A stretch of 39,805 nt of DNA from a virus, in the UHGV virus genome UHGV-0085625; one strand, given 5' to 3'. Shown in pieces: positions 25,247 to 35,326 of the stretch. The notes below the pieces were generated by a model that saw only the letters and a list, made by a program, of their open reading frames with translations, made no database searches and was not told where the DNA came from. Position numbers and translations under genes: made by a program. Position 1 is the stretch's first letter. Every line of letters begins with the position of its first letter.

Positions 25247-25552
25247 ATGTTTATCATTTCAAAAAACAGATTTCTTATTCCGAGGGATGGGGCAGATCCC
25301 TATGTAATTCCGAAGGATTATATCGGAGAAATTCCGGAGGACGTGGCAGGGCATTGGCTCATTGCGGCTGCGATTGAGTCCGGTATGATCGCCACTCCTC
25401 AGGGCAGGAAGGATAAACAGCTGGAAACTGCGGACGAGGCGGCTGCAGAAAAGGCAGAAAGGGCAGACATTCGCCCAGATACGCAGGAAAATGCGGCAGA
25501 AGCGGTTCGGGAAGATGAAAAGCCTTCTGGAAAGAAAAATACAAAGAAATAA
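25247..25552 (+). CDS. Hypothetical acidic head-associated protein.
   Basis: ORF with an RBS. Confidence 0.4.
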   Translation: MFIISKNRFLIPRDGADPYVIPKDYIGEIPEDVAGHWLIAAAIESGMIATPQGRKDKQLETADEAAAEKAERADIRPDTQENAAEAVREDEKPSGKKNTKK

Positions 25553-25564
25553 GGAGATGATGGT

Positions 25565-26086
25565 ATGGGGACAATCTATGATGCGTTTCACAGTGCAAAA
25601 TCGACAGCTGCAAATATTCCTCAGCCAGGGGAGCAGGGTTCCTATACCATCCCTGCTTTTCTGGAGGATTTCCCACAGTTTTGTCAGGAAGAATATACGG
25701 TCATGGGCTCAGGAGAGATCCGGCGTAAAAGCCTGATCCCGGAAACCATGCTTCAGACATTCGTAGACCAGGCAAATGACAGTGTATTGCCATCCCGATG
25801 GGGGAGTATGTGGCGGTATGCAGTGGGGCTGTATGTAGCACATTTTTCCACGATGTACCTTAAAACGTATTCGCCATGTTCCCAGAGCACTGGACAGGCA
25901 GCAGGGAATGCAGAGCAAAAGGGCGTTGTAAAAACAGTGTCCATGGGTGATACCTCTGTCAGTTATGACAACAGCGCTGTGACAGCGGGAACCGAAAAAT
26001 GGGGAAGCTGGAATACCACCCAGTACGGCTCCCAGCTGGTCACAATGGCCCGTATGGTAGGAATGGGAGGTATGTATGCTATTTGA
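25565..26086 (+). CDS. Head-tail connector/adaptor (DUF4054-like).
   Basis: Position and size. Confidence 0.4.
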   Translation: MGTIYDAFHSAKSTAANIPQPGEQGSYTIPAFLEDFPQFCQEEYTVMGSGEIRRKSLIPETMLQTFVDQANDSVLPSRWGSMWRYAVGLYVAHFSTMYLKTYSPCSQSTGQAAGNAEQKGVVKTVSMGDTSVSYDNSAVTAGTEKWGSWNTTQYGSQLVTMARMVGMGGMYAI

Positions 26087-26477
26087 TAATCCTATTTTTG
26101 CCGGGTGGTATACGGATACCGTTGATATCTACAGAGTGTCAGCTCAGAAACAGGGGAATGTGACCCGGCAGGAACGGCAGAAAGTAAACACGGTTCCTGT
26201 TTTATGCCGAATCTACAGCCCAAAGAAGGACGGCCCTGTGATGACGGATAATGCATCCAGAGAACGGGCATCAGAGAAATTAGCCTGTGACTTGTCTGTG
26301 GATATCCGGGCGGGAGATGAGCTGCAGGTGATACGAGGCGGAGCACTGGGACATGCAAACCAGCCGGAACGGTATGTGGCCGGAGCACCGGTGGCCTATT
26401 ATGATCCAGTAGGCGGGGGAATGACCGGTCTGGAGCATAAAGAAGTTGGGCTGCTGAAAGACAATGTTGTGAGGTGA
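26076..26477 (+). CDS. Head-tail joining protein.
   Basis: Position only. Confidence 0.35.
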   Translation: MLFDNPIFAGWYTDTVDIYRVSAQKQGNVTRQERQKVNTVPVLCRIYSPKKDGPVMTDNASRERASEKLACDLSVDIRAGDELQVIRGGALGHANQPERYVAGAPVAYYDPVGGGMTGLEHKEVGLLKDNVVR

Positions 26478-26481
26478 TTAG

Positions 26482-26979
26482 ATGTCAAGTTTTGGTGCTC
26501 AGATGAGGAAAAGGTTAAATGAACTGCGCAAGGCCGGGCAGGACGTATCAAAGATCATGGCAGAGGTGGCAGAGGGCGCCACGATTGAGGCTATACGGGT
26601 GGCGACAGAGAATACACCGCCCAATGATGGAACGATTGCGGGAACCAATATGCGGTCGGGGGATATGGCCCAGCACTGGGCTACGGACAGCCAGACAACG
26701 CCTATTGTTTCGGGGGGAAGCGTGCGGACAGAATTAAACAATCATATGCAGTATGCTTCCTATGTGAATGACGGTCATCGTGTGGACAAGCATTTTGTTC
26801 CGGGCCTGATTAAGAACGGTTCTCTTTTGGAACGGTCTCCAGACGGCTCAGGCGGTCTGATGGTCGGTACAAAGACTACCTATGTGAAAGGAAAATACAT
26901 GAAGCAGAAAGCAATCGGAAAATACCGCTCTGTGGTCCGTATTGAGCTGGATAAGCGGGTAAGGGAGGCGTTCAAATGA
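26482..26979 (+). CDS. Neck protein (HK97 gp10-like).
   Basis: Position only. Confidence 0.35.
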   Translation: MSSFGAQMRKRLNELRKAGQDVSKIMAEVAEGATIEAIRVATENTPPNDGTIAGTNMRSGDMAQHWATDSQTTPIVSGGSVRTELNNHMQYASYVNDGHRVDKHFVPGLIKNGSLLERSPDGSGGLMVGTKTTYVKGKYMKQKAIGKYRSVVRIELDKRVREAFK

Positions 26980-27428
26980 CTTTTACATTGGATCATATTG
27001 TAAACAGCCTTGCAGGCGTCCTTACTTCCAGATACCCGACGTATCCGGTTTATGACAGTCCCAATCCCCAGGGAACAGAACCACCCTGCTTTTTTATTTT
27101 TTTCATGCCCTCTACCATAGAGGGGCAGGTGGGGGAGCGGTTCCTGCGTGATCTGGGTGTGGACATTGTGTTTGTTCAGGAACGTAACATTGTTAATGCC
27201 AACGCAGAGATTCTCCAGATTGCAGATTATCTGGATTCGGTACTGGAATTGTTCCCTTATTCAGATGGAGGCAGTGAAACAGCATGGATACGGACCTATG
27301 AGAGGCAGTGGCAGACGGAAGACGGGGAGCTGCATTATCAATTTCACATCAGGGAACGGGTGCGGCTGCCGGAGGAAGGAAATCCAATGCAGGAAATGGA
27401 GGAACGTTATGGCATCAAAGGCAAATAA
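26976..27428 (+). CDS. Tail completion/neck protein.
   Basis: Position only. Confidence 0.35.
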   Translation: MTFTLDHIVNSLAGVLTSRYPTYPVYDSPNPQGTEPPCFFIFFMPSTIEGQVGERFLRDLGVDIVFVQERNIVNANAEILQIADYLDSVLELFPYSDGGSETAWIRTYERQWQTEDGELHYQFHIRERVRLPEEGNPMQEMEERYGIKGK

Positions 27429-27621
27429 GAGTACAGAGTCTAAGTCTACTGTTGCGACGCCGCACAAAAGAGACGGACAAAAATACTCCACCAGTAAACT
27501 GTTGAAAAGCAAGCATTTGGCCGGGTATCAGCGGGATTTTGCCAGGGTGATCCTGACAGAACCAGAATATACTATCGAAGAGGCAAGAAAGCTTTTAGAT
27601 GAGAGATTAAAGGACAAATAA
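27409..27621 (+). CDS. Small Lys-rich protein.
   Basis: ORF overlapping the upstream gene. Contains the imperfect palindrome at 27451..27465. Followed by a bidirectional terminator. Confidence 0.35.
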   Translation: MASKANKSTESKSTVATPHKRDGQKYSTSKLLKSKHLAGYQRDFARVILTEPEYTIEEARKLLDERLKDK

Positions 27622-27651
27622 AAAGCCGCCCATTTAGGACGGCCTTTAGGA

Positions 27652-28083
27652 TTATGCCCGGAGCTTTGCAAGGAGGGCTTCCTGGAGAGTTTGAGAAAAG
27701 TTGATGCCCTGCTCCAAGGCGGCTTTGTTTAACCATGCCGGAATGGACAGGGTCTTTTTTACAGATTTCTCAAAGTGCTCTTTTGCATAAGCTTCCACAT
27801 CGACAGACACCATGTTTATAAAGTAAGAAGGAATGGGAGAATCTTCATAAAATTCTTTTAGCTGTGCTTCTACAGAGAGGGTATTCATTTCGGAAGCAGT
27901 TGGGATTGGTTCATTTTCTTTTTTGCAGTCATAAAGATAGCCTGCCAGACAGTCTACAGCCATTTCCATAGCATCTTCTAAAGTATCTCCACAGGTAGCA
28001 AGCCAGTTAAGATCGGGGAAGAAAATAGAGTAGCCGTTTTCTTCTTTGCAGAAACAAGCTGGATACACAGATAACATATACAT
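27652..28083 (-). CDS. hicB: HicB antitoxin (RNase-H-like N-domain plus C-terminal RHH/HTH).
   Basis: YSIFFPDLNWLATCGDTLEDAMEMAVDCLAGYL motif of HicB. Directly downstream of hicA. Confidence 0.85.
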   Translation of the reverse strand: MYMLSVYPACFCKEENGYSIFFPDLNWLATCGDTLEDAMEMAVDCLAGYLYDCKKENEPIPTASEMNTLSVEAQLKEFYEDSPIPSYFINMVSVDVEAYAKEHFEKSVKKTLSIPAWLNKAALEQGINFSQTLQEALLAKLRA

Positions 28084-28107
28084 ACCTCCTGTTTTAGGGT
28101 GGCAGGG

Positions 28108-28296
28108 CTATTTCAGCCCCGCCTGTTTTAAGATGGAATTTTCAGTGCCTTTTGGCAATTCTTTTGAATGAAAAGGAATCGTAACTTTTCCTGATTTTGT
28201 CGGGTGTGTATAATGCCGGTGGGATCCGGTCTGAGATTTAAACACCCAACCATCGGAGAGGATGATTCTTTCCATTTCGATTGGCTTTTTGGGCAT
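28108..28296 (-). CDS. hicA: HicA mRNA-interferase toxin.
   Basis: 62 aa with GSHRHYTHP...GKVTIPFH...GT..SILKQAG, the YcfA/HicA signature. Confidence 0.8.
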   Translation of the reverse strand: MPKKPIEMERIILSDGWVFKSQTGSHRHYTHPTKSGKVTIPFHSKELPKGTENSILKQAGLK

Positions 28297-28327
28297 TTCC
28301 TATTCCTCCTTACAATCAGTATTATAC

Positions 28328-28357
28328 CACGCAATACGTATAAAAGCAATACGTATT
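28328..28357. promoter_or_regulatory. Two direct repeats GCAATACGTAT(A/T), each containing the palindrome ATACGTAT, in the hicA/sheath divergent region. Putative HicB operators.
   Basis: Repeats at 28330..28340 and 28345..28355, upstream of hicA on the minus strand. Confidence 0.45.
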
Positions 28358-28378
28358 ATACAGAAAGAGAGGTCAAAA

Positions 28379-29734
28379 ATGGCAGGAGGCACATGGACAA
28401 GCCAGAACAAAGCCCAGCCGGGTGTATACATCAACACCAAGTCGCAGGGCAACATCAGGGCAAATATTGGAACACGGGGGATTGTAGCGATCGCAGAACC
28501 TCTTTCCTGGGGACCGTCAGGGATTGTACAGACGATTATCCCAGGAGAGGATCTGACACCATATATCGGCTACGATATTACAAGTGAAAAAGCGCTGTTC
28601 CTCAGGGAAATGATGAAGGGAAGCGATACCACGGCAGGGCCATCAAAAATCCTTCTATACCGCCCCAAAGGAACCAGTGGGGCAAAAGCAACTGCAACAA
28701 TCGGGACATTGACCGCAACGGCTGTGTATGACGGTGTACGGGGAAATGATATTGCCATTATTATTTCGGCGGATCCGGATGAAGAAAAGACTTTCCAGGT
28801 CGCAACTGTAGTTGATGGATCTGTGAGAGATGAACAGACAGTCAAGACGGCAGAAGAGCTTGTAGGGAATGTGTGGGTTGTATTTAGCGGATCCGGAGAG
28901 CTTGAAGCGACCGCAGGGAAAAAGTTGACAGGAGGAAAGGACCCTACTGTAGCAACCACGGATTATGCCGCATGGCTCACGGCAATGGAGCCATATAAGT
29001 TTGATGTAATGGTCTATGACGGTGAGGATAAGACAACGATTCAGGCAGTAGCTGCTTTTGTCAAGCGTGTCTCAAACAATGTGGGACTGAAATGTCAGGC
29101 GGTTATGGCCGATGCTTCTGTATCAAATAGTGAGTGGGTAATTTCAGTCAAGAACGGAGTTAAGCTGGACGATGGAACCGTATTAACTCCGCAGCAAGCA
29201 ACGTGGTGGTTAGGCGGAGCAGAGGCAGGAGCGTTGTATAACCAGTCCCTGACCTATTCTCGTTATCCCAACGCGCTGGAAGCCTGCCCGAAGCTGACGG
29301 ATGCGCAGATCGAAGAGGCAATTAAGGCCGGGGAAATTGTTTTTATTGATACCTTTGACAAAGTTAAGGTATGCACAGATATTAACACATTTACCAGCTT
29401 TGCAGTGGATAAGGGTGAGGAATATTCCAAAAACCGTGTTATGCGGGTGCTGAATCAGTTCTGCAATGATGTATATGAGCATTTCAGTAATTATTTCATC
29501 GGCAAGGTAAGTAATGATGAGACCGGCCGCAGCCTGCTAAAAGGCTGGATTGTAGGGTATCTGAACGATATGCAGGCAAATAGCGGTGTCCAGAACTTTG
29601 AGGCTGAGGATGTAACGGTGGAGGCCGGAAATAGCATTGATGCAGTTCTGATCGCCGTGAAAATCCAGCCGGTGGACAGCATCGAGAAGATCTTCATGAC
29701 GGTTACAGTATCTGTAAACGTTGAAGCAGAATAG
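28379..29734 (+). CDS. Tail sheath protein.
   Basis: 451 aa. Start at MAGGTWTSQNKAQPGVYIN, a typical sheath N-terminus. Followed by the tube gene. Confidence 0.85.
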   Translation: MAGGTWTSQNKAQPGVYINTKSQGNIRANIGTRGIVAIAEPLSWGPSGIVQTIIPGEDLTPYIGYDITSEKALFLREMMKGSDTTAGPSKILLYRPKGTSGAKATATIGTLTATAVYDGVRGNDIAIIISADPDEEKTFQVATVVDGSVRDEQTVKTAEELVGNVWVVFSGSGELEATAGKKLTGGKDPTVATTDYAAWLTAMEPYKFDVMVYDGEDKTTIQAVAAFVKRVSNNVGLKCQAVMADASVSNSEWVISVKNGVKLDDGTVLTPQQATWWLGGAEAGALYNQSLTYSRYPNALEACPKLTDAQIEEAIKAGEIVFIDTFDKVKVCTDINTFTSFAVDKGEEYSKNRVMRVLNQFCNDVYEHFSNYFIGKVSNDETGRSLLKGWIVGYLNDMQANSGVQNFEAEDVTVEAGNSIDAVLIAVKIQPVDSIEKIFMTVTVSVNVEAE

Positions 29735-29744
29735 GAGGTAGTAC

Positions 29745-30215
29745 ATGAGCTTTTTACTTGAACGGGACGCCCTAAATGGAAAGGCAGGAAGCGGGTTCAT
29801 GACAATTGATGGCGAAAACCATGAGATGTTTGGACTAAAAAAATTTGATTCCAATGCAGAATTTCAGGAATCTGACTTTAAGGTAGTAGGGACCCGTCTG
29901 GTCCAGAAAAAGACTACGGGCGTATCTCTGACAGGTTCCATGACCATTTATTATGGAACGCCGCATTTCCTGCGAATGCTTCAGGATTATTTGAAGACAG
30001 GGAAGTTACCATATTTTACGATCCAGATCACAAATGATGATCCATCTTCCACGGTAGGGACGCAGACAGTGGTATTTTACAATGTAAAACTTCAGAAACT
30101 CCCCATTTCATCTCTGGATGCAGACGCTGATTTTCTGGAGATGGAAGTAGGATTTTCTTACACAAATATCGAGGTTCTGAATTGGTTTAAAGACCCGGAA
30201 CAGTTAGGAGGTTGA
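29745..30215 (+). CDS. Tail tube protein (XkdM-like).
   Basis: 156 aa immediately after the sheath gene. Confidence 0.7.
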   Translation: MSFLLERDALNGKAGSGFMTIDGENHEMFGLKKFDSNAEFQESDFKVVGTRLVQKKTTGVSLTGSMTIYYGTPHFLRMLQDYLKTGKLPYFTIQITNDDPSSTVGTQTVVFYNVKLQKLPISSLDADADFLEMEVGFSYTNIEVLNWFKDPEQLGG

Positions 30216-30222
30216 AATTATT

Positions 30223-30648
30223 ATGGGAGATATTAAAGCATTCCTGCTTCCGCCGGTTATGGAGGAAACGAAAGAGGTAGTAATTACAAAAAGAGCAGTA
30301 GGGGAGGATGGCAAGCCAGTACCGTTTGTGATTCGTGTAATTGATCAGGAGACGAATAACCGTCTGATTAAGCAGGCTACTCGAAAGAGCAAGATGAATG
30401 GCCAGCTGATCCGGGAACTTGATGATGATAAGTACGGAAAGCTGTTAGTAGGAGCCTGTGTTGTAAGCCCTAATTTTAAGGATTCCGAATTATGCGCACA
30501 TTACAAAGTAGTGGATCCGCTGGATGTACCAGGGCGTATGTTGACTGTTGGGGAGTACAACCGATTAGTCAGGGAGATCAAGAAGATCAATGATTTAGTG
30601 ACCGATGATGAAGAACTGAGTGAACTGGATGAAGAAGCAAAAAACTAG
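30223..30648 (+). CDS. Tail assembly chaperone (XkdN-like), short form.
   Basis: Lies between tube and tape measure. The slippery heptamer A_AAA_AAC at 30639..30645 sits immediately before its stop. Confidence 0.55.
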   Translation: MGDIKAFLLPPVMEETKEVVITKRAVGEDGKPVPFVIRVIDQETNNRLIKQATRKSKMNGQLIRELDDDKYGKLLVGACVVSPNFKDSELCAHYKVVDPLDVPGRMLTVGEYNRLVREIKKINDLVTDDEELSELDEEAKN

Positions 30649-30809
30649 TAGCGGAAAATACCATGACGGTACAGCTTATGCAAAGAATGCTGTGTGATCA
30701 TGGTATTTTCCCAAGTGAAGTTATGAATCTGAGAATACAGGAACGGCTTCTTATGGCGGCTCTTCTGGAGAAAGAACATAAAGAGATCAAGAAAAAGACA
30801 AGGGGGTAA
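30639..30809 (+). CDS. -1 frameshift extension of the tail assembly chaperone (G-T-like long form).
   Basis: The -1 frame is open from the slippery site through 30809 (KKLVAENTMTVQLMQ...KKKTRG) and ends 2 nt before the tape-measure start. Confidence 0.45.
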   Translation, partial: KKLVAENTMTVQLMQRMLCDHGIFPSEVMNLRIQERLLMAALLEKEHKEIKKKTRG

Positions 30810-30811
30810 AA

Positions 30812-32851
30812 TTGATGGGGAAAATAAATGAAACACTTACATTGACAGATCAGTTTTCTTCCTCTTTCCATACATTCATCAATCTGGGGGAGCAGGCTCT
30901 TTCAAGCCTGATTTCTGTCAACAATGGCATAACAGATCTGGCCTCACAGTCTGCCCGTGAATCGGAGAAAACCAGACAGTCCATTGATGGAGTAACACAG
31001 AGTATCAATCAGATGTCCGATGCACTCCAGTATATTTCTGTACAGGGAATGAATGAGATCAAACAGACGATCCAGCAGATTGATGTAAATCAGCGGAATC
31101 ATACAGAAGAAACCAAACGGACAGGCAGAGCAGCAGGTGATCTTCTTCGGACATTCCGCCAGATCGCAGTAGCAACTGGTGCGGTAAGTTTGGTAAGATC
31201 CTTCTTAGGGGTTGCTGATCAGCAGACACAGATTACAGCCCGCCTGAATTTAATGAATGATGGGCTTCAGTCCACAGCCGAATTGCAGGATATGATCTAT
31301 GTGTCGGCGCAGCGTACCCGGTCTGCATATGATGCTACGGCACAGGTGGTAGCTGGCCTGGGACAGCGTGCCGGTAAGGCATTTTCCTCCAGTGTAGAGA
31401 TTGTCCAGTTTGCGGAAAACTTAAATAAGCAGTTTAAGATTGCAGGTGCATCGCAGCAGGAGATTTCCTCAGCATCCCTGCAGCTGACCCAGGCAATGGG
31501 TGCTGGTGTGCTCCGCGGTGAGGAATTGAATGCAATCTTTGAGGCAGCGCCCAATATCATCCAAACGATTGCGGATTACCTGGGAGAGGACATAGGTAAA
31601 ATCCGGGATATGGCATCAGAGGGACAGATTACGGCAGAAGTAGTAAAAAATGCTATGCTGAAAGCGACGGATGAGATAGATGCACAATTTCAAGAGATGC
31701 CTATGACACTGGCAGAAGCTTTTACCATGGGAAAAAACGCAATTCAAAAAAACTTGCAGGATAGCTTTTCTGGATGGAGTGAATTCTTGAATTCAGACGA
31801 AGGTCAGCAGGCTATTATGCAGGCAATTACCTTGTTCACAGTTCTTGCACAGATAGGAGTTGGGACGTTATCTGCGATTGGTCAGGGCGCTTTGTGGGTA
31901 TCCAATAATCTGGATTTTATTTTACCTATATTGGCGGCAATAGGGGTGGCGCTTGTCATATTGAATGGACAAGCGATTTTAGCAGGCATGGCCAATGTAG
32001 GAAGTGCATTGGCATCAGCTGCAGCCTGGGCGGCAGCAAACTGGCAGATATTACTGCTGATAGCTGTTTTTTCAGCAGCCCTGATTGCCGCCCAACAATT
32101 TGGATTCGGAATGCAGGAAGTCGGGAGCTTTGTTGGACAAATTTTAGGATTGCTGTATGCAGTCGGCTACAATGTCTTTGCATCTCTCTGGAATGTGATT
32201 GCTGCATTTGCGGAGTTCTTTGCGAATGTTTGGAACGATCCTCTGGGAGCGACCGCCCGGTTATTTTTTGATGTATTTGATACAATTTTGGGAATTGTCG
32301 AAACAACAGCCGGAGCCATTGATGCACTTTTGGGAACGGATATGGCCAGTGTTGTATCCGGATTCCGCGGCAAGATGTCCGGCTGGGTTGATGATACATT
32401 CGGAGAAAATGCAGTCCAGATCAAACGTATGTCAGAACTCGATGTGGTTGCGACGTCGCAACAATGGGGGGATGTTGGTGCAAGTCTGGGGGCTAAGCTG
32501 GACAACATGGATCTCAGCCTGGAGTCATTGACGGATAATCTGGGAGGCCTGAATGGTTTTGACGCATCATCTATCCCAACTGTGGACAACCTTGGAGACA
32601 TTGGCAAGGTTGGGAAAGTCGGCAAGATCGAAGATGATGTAAAGCTTTCCGATGAAGATATCAAGATCTACAGGGATTTGGCAGAACGCCGCTATATGAA
32701 TAACATAGAGCTTCAGACTATGGCGCCGCAGATCCATGTGTCCATTCCGGAAAGCGCTGCCAAGAATCTGACTGCCAGTGATATTGCGGATAAATTGAAA
32801 GCGATCCTGATCGAACAGGCTGCTGCCGGAACAGCAGTATCGCACGGATAG
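30812..32851 (+). CDS. Tail tape measure protein.
   Basis: 679 aa. Coiled-coil N-terminus, central hydrophobic Gly/Ala-rich helices, and position. Confidence 0.9.
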   Translation: MMGKINETLTLTDQFSSSFHTFINLGEQALSSLISVNNGITDLASQSARESEKTRQSIDGVTQSINQMSDALQYISVQGMNEIKQTIQQIDVNQRNHTEETKRTGRAAGDLLRTFRQIAVATGAVSLVRSFLGVADQQTQITARLNLMNDGLQSTAELQDMIYVSAQRTRSAYDATAQVVAGLGQRAGKAFSSSVEIVQFAENLNKQFKIAGASQQEISSASLQLTQAMGAGVLRGEELNAIFEAAPNIIQTIADYLGEDIGKIRDMASEGQITAEVVKNAMLKATDEIDAQFQEMPMTLAEAFTMGKNAIQKNLQDSFSGWSEFLNSDEGQQAIMQAITLFTVLAQIGVGTLSAIGQGALWVSNNLDFILPILAAIGVALVILNGQAILAGMANVGSALASAAAWAAANWQILLLIAVFSAALIAAQQFGFGMQEVGSFVGQILGLLYAVGYNVFASLWNVIAAFAEFFANVWNDPLGATARLFFDVFDTILGIVETTAGAIDALLGTDMASVVSGFRGKMSGWVDDTFGENAVQIKRMSELDVVATSQQWGDVGASLGAKLDNMDLSLESLTDNLGGLNGFDASSIPTVDNLGDIGKVGKVGKIEDDVKLSDEDIKIYRDLAERRYMNNIELQTMAPQIHVSIPESAAKNLTASDIADKLKAILIEQAAAGTAVSHG

Positions 32852-32860
32852 GAGGATGGG

Positions 32861-33583
32861 ATGGGACAGCTTAAAAATACAACTTCCATCTATCTGAAAT
32901 TTGGAAGTACAAAGATCCGGATACCGGTCAATCCGGAGGAGATTGAAATTAAATATCCAAGCAATAACAAGAAACAGGATATCATCGGCGTGGGAGAGGT
33001 TGTTGTGCAGAAGCGGCCAGGCTTAAGAGAAGTTTCCTGGAAAGGCTTTTTCCCTGGCGAGAATAGTGCAGATCCTTATATCAATAAGGGCGCAAAAAGC
33101 CCGCAGTGGTATGAGAAGCAGATCAGTAAGGCAATGAAGGGCAAACAGAAGGGGCGGCTTATTATCAGCCGCTCGGATCTGTACGATACAAATATGCGCT
33201 GTATTATCAGTCAATTCGAGACTACCGATAAGGGTGGAGAGCCGGGAGATATGTACTATTCGCTGGAGCTGCAGGAGTACAGGGATTACGCTCCGCAAAC
33301 CGTCAGCATCGTTACAACCCCGCCTCCGGCGTCCGGAGGAGAACCGGTTCAAAGCGATGCATCCACAGAGCAGCAGAGGGCAGTGGAAACGCCGGTGCTG
33401 CGGGTAGGGGCGTCTGTAGTGGTAAATGGGGAATACTGTTATGACAGCTACGGCGGAAAGCCTCATGGTACAGCGAATAATATAAGCACTACCGTGACAC
33501 GGATTGTCTCCGGAAATCCTTATCCGGTTCATGTTGGCTCTTATGGATGGGTACAGGAAAGCCAGCTTCAGATAACAGGGTGA
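32861..33583 (+). CDS. XkdP-like tail protein.
   Basis: PBSX gene order after the tape measure. Confidence 0.45.
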   Translation: MGQLKNTTSIYLKFGSTKIRIPVNPEEIEIKYPSNNKKQDIIGVGEVVVQKRPGLREVSWKGFFPGENSADPYINKGAKSPQWYEKQISKAMKGKQKGRLIISRSDLYDTNMRCIISQFETTDKGGEPGDMYYSLELQEYRDYAPQTVSIVTTPPPASGGEPVQSDASTEQQRAVETPVLRVGASVVVNGEYCYDSYGGKPHGTANNISTTVTRIVSGNPYPVHVGSYGWVQESQLQITG

Positions 33584-33588
33584 TTCGT

Positions 33589-34614
33589 ATGAGCAGTATA
33601 ACATTACAGGTCCAGACAACGGAACCGGCTCCAGGTGGGGCCACACAGACAGTAATTACAGATTACGCGACCACAGCCCGGGAAATTGAACTTATAACAG
33701 AGCGGTTTGATACACCGGGCTCCCTCACCTTTACCTGTCTGGAAGACAGCGGGGTCGCTATTCCGGAAGGGAGCTCCGTAGAGTTTTCCGTGGAAGGGGT
33801 AAAGATGTTTAAAGGGTATATTTTTACCGCAGAACGTAATAAGGACGGAGAGGTGTCATATACGGCCAGAGATCAGCTGAGATACCTGAAAGCGAATGCC
33901 AGTTATCTGTTCCAGAATATGACCCTGCCCCAGATCATCGGGCAGATCGCAGCGGATTTTGGCCTGAAAGTGGGGGCCATGGAGGATGCGGGTTATGCGT
34001 TCCCGTATCTGGACAAGGAAAATGAGGGATGTCTGGATATTATATTTGACGCCCTGGCCCAAACGATTGTGCAGACCGGAAAGATCTATAATTTCTATGA
34101 TAATTGCGGAGAGCTGTGTCTGACGGAAGCAAAGAATATGTTCATTACTACGCTTTTGGGAGATAAAAGCCTGGTAACAGATTATACCTATAAGCGGGAT
34201 ATTGACAGCAATACATATAACCGCGTGAAGCTGGTGCGTAAAAATAAGAACAGCGGCCGGACGGATGCCTATATACATGAGGACAGCGATACCATTAAGA
34301 AATGGGGTCTGCTCCAGTATTATGATGAGGTAGACGAAAATCTGAACGAAGCCCAGATCGATGAGATGTGTAGGCAGTATCTGCAATATTACAACCGGGT
34401 GCTGCAAACATTATCGCTGGATTCGATTGGTATTCCGGGTCTTCGGGCCGGGATGATTATTCCGGTGAGGATCGGGGCTGTGGATGGCCTTGCTGTTTCA
34501 CGGCTTATGATAGCAGAAAAGGTAACACATACCTTTGAGGGGGATGAACACGATCATACCATGAGTATTGAAGTGAAAGACTTTGGACAGTTGGGAGGAA
34601 TAAATATTGTCTAA
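33589..34614 (+). CDS. XkdQ/gpD-like baseplate hub protein.
   Basis: Gene order. 342 aa from ATG 33589. Confidence 0.5.
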   Translation: MSSITLQVQTTEPAPGGATQTVITDYATTAREIELITERFDTPGSLTFTCLEDSGVAIPEGSSVEFSVEGVKMFKGYIFTAERNKDGEVSYTARDQLRYLKANASYLFQNMTLPQIIGQIAADFGLKVGAMEDAGYAFPYLDKENEGCLDIIFDALAQTIVQTGKIYNFYDNCGELCLTEAKNMFITTLLGDKSLVTDYTYKRDIDSNTYNRVKLVRKNKNSGRTDAYIHEDSDTIKKWGLLQYYDEVDENLNEAQIDEMCRQYLQYYNRVLQTLSLDSIGIPGLRAGMIIPVRIGAVDGLAVSRLMIAEKVTHTFEGDEHDHTMSIEVKDFGQLGGINIV

Positions 34615-34915
34615 TCTATTAGGTGTAATGCAGGAAATCATGCAGGAAAATCAGAAAGCAATGAAGCCTACGGAGGTTGCGTTCGGAACTGTGGCTACGG
34701 TATCGCCTCTTTCCATTCTGGTAGACGGAACCTCCCAGCCCAAGCCGGAGGCCGGACTGATCCTTACAGAATCCGTAATCCCGAAGACCGTTCAGGTGCA
34801 GGGAGGCGGTGGAGGGGCCGTTGCAGTCAATAAAGGGCTGGCTGTAGGGGACAAGGTTGTTATGCTGCGGGTTTCCCGTGGGAACCGTTACATTGTCCTT
34901 TCCAAGGCACAGTAA
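34607..34915 (+). CDS. XkdR-like (DUF2577) baseplate protein.
   Basis: Gene order and size. Confidence 0.4.
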   Translation: MSNLLGVMQEIMQENQKAMKPTEVAFGTVATVSPLSILVDGTSQPKPEAGLILTESVIPKTVQVQGGGGGAVAVNKGLAVGDKVVMLRVSRGNRYIVLSKAQ

Positions 34916-34924
34916 GGAGGAAGT

Positions 34925-35326
34925 ATGGCAACATTACCCGATGGCGTAGGTCTGGATGCATCCTTAAAGCATATAGAGCAGCCTACAAACACATTCCTGA
35001 TCGACTGGTCTTCCAGACAGATTTCCGGGATGGACGAGGGACTGGGAGCTATGAGGCAGGCGGTAGAAATTATTCTACAGAATGAGCGCTTCCGCTGGCA
35101 GATCTATGACAGCAATTTTGGGACTGAACTGGAGGATTTGGTCGGAGAAGAATATGATTATATTGTAAGTGAGCTTCCCCGCAGGATCGAGGAGGCTTTT
35201 TCTTTGGATAACAGGATTTTATCAGTGGAGAATTTTAAATGCTTGGAACAGAACAGTGGAATTCTGACAGTATCATTTGACGTTGTAACTGTATACGGGA
35301 CTTTTTCAGAGGAGGTGGAAATGTGA
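34925..35326 (+). CDS. XkdS-like (gp25/W-like) baseplate wedge protein.
   Basis: Gene order and size. Confidence 0.45.
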   Translation: MATLPDGVGLDASLKHIEQPTNTFLIDWSSRQISGMDEGLGAMRQAVEIILQNERFRWQIYDSNFGTELEDLVGEEYDYIVSELPRRIEEAFSLDNRILSVENFKCLEQNSGILTVSFDVVTVYGTFSEEVEM

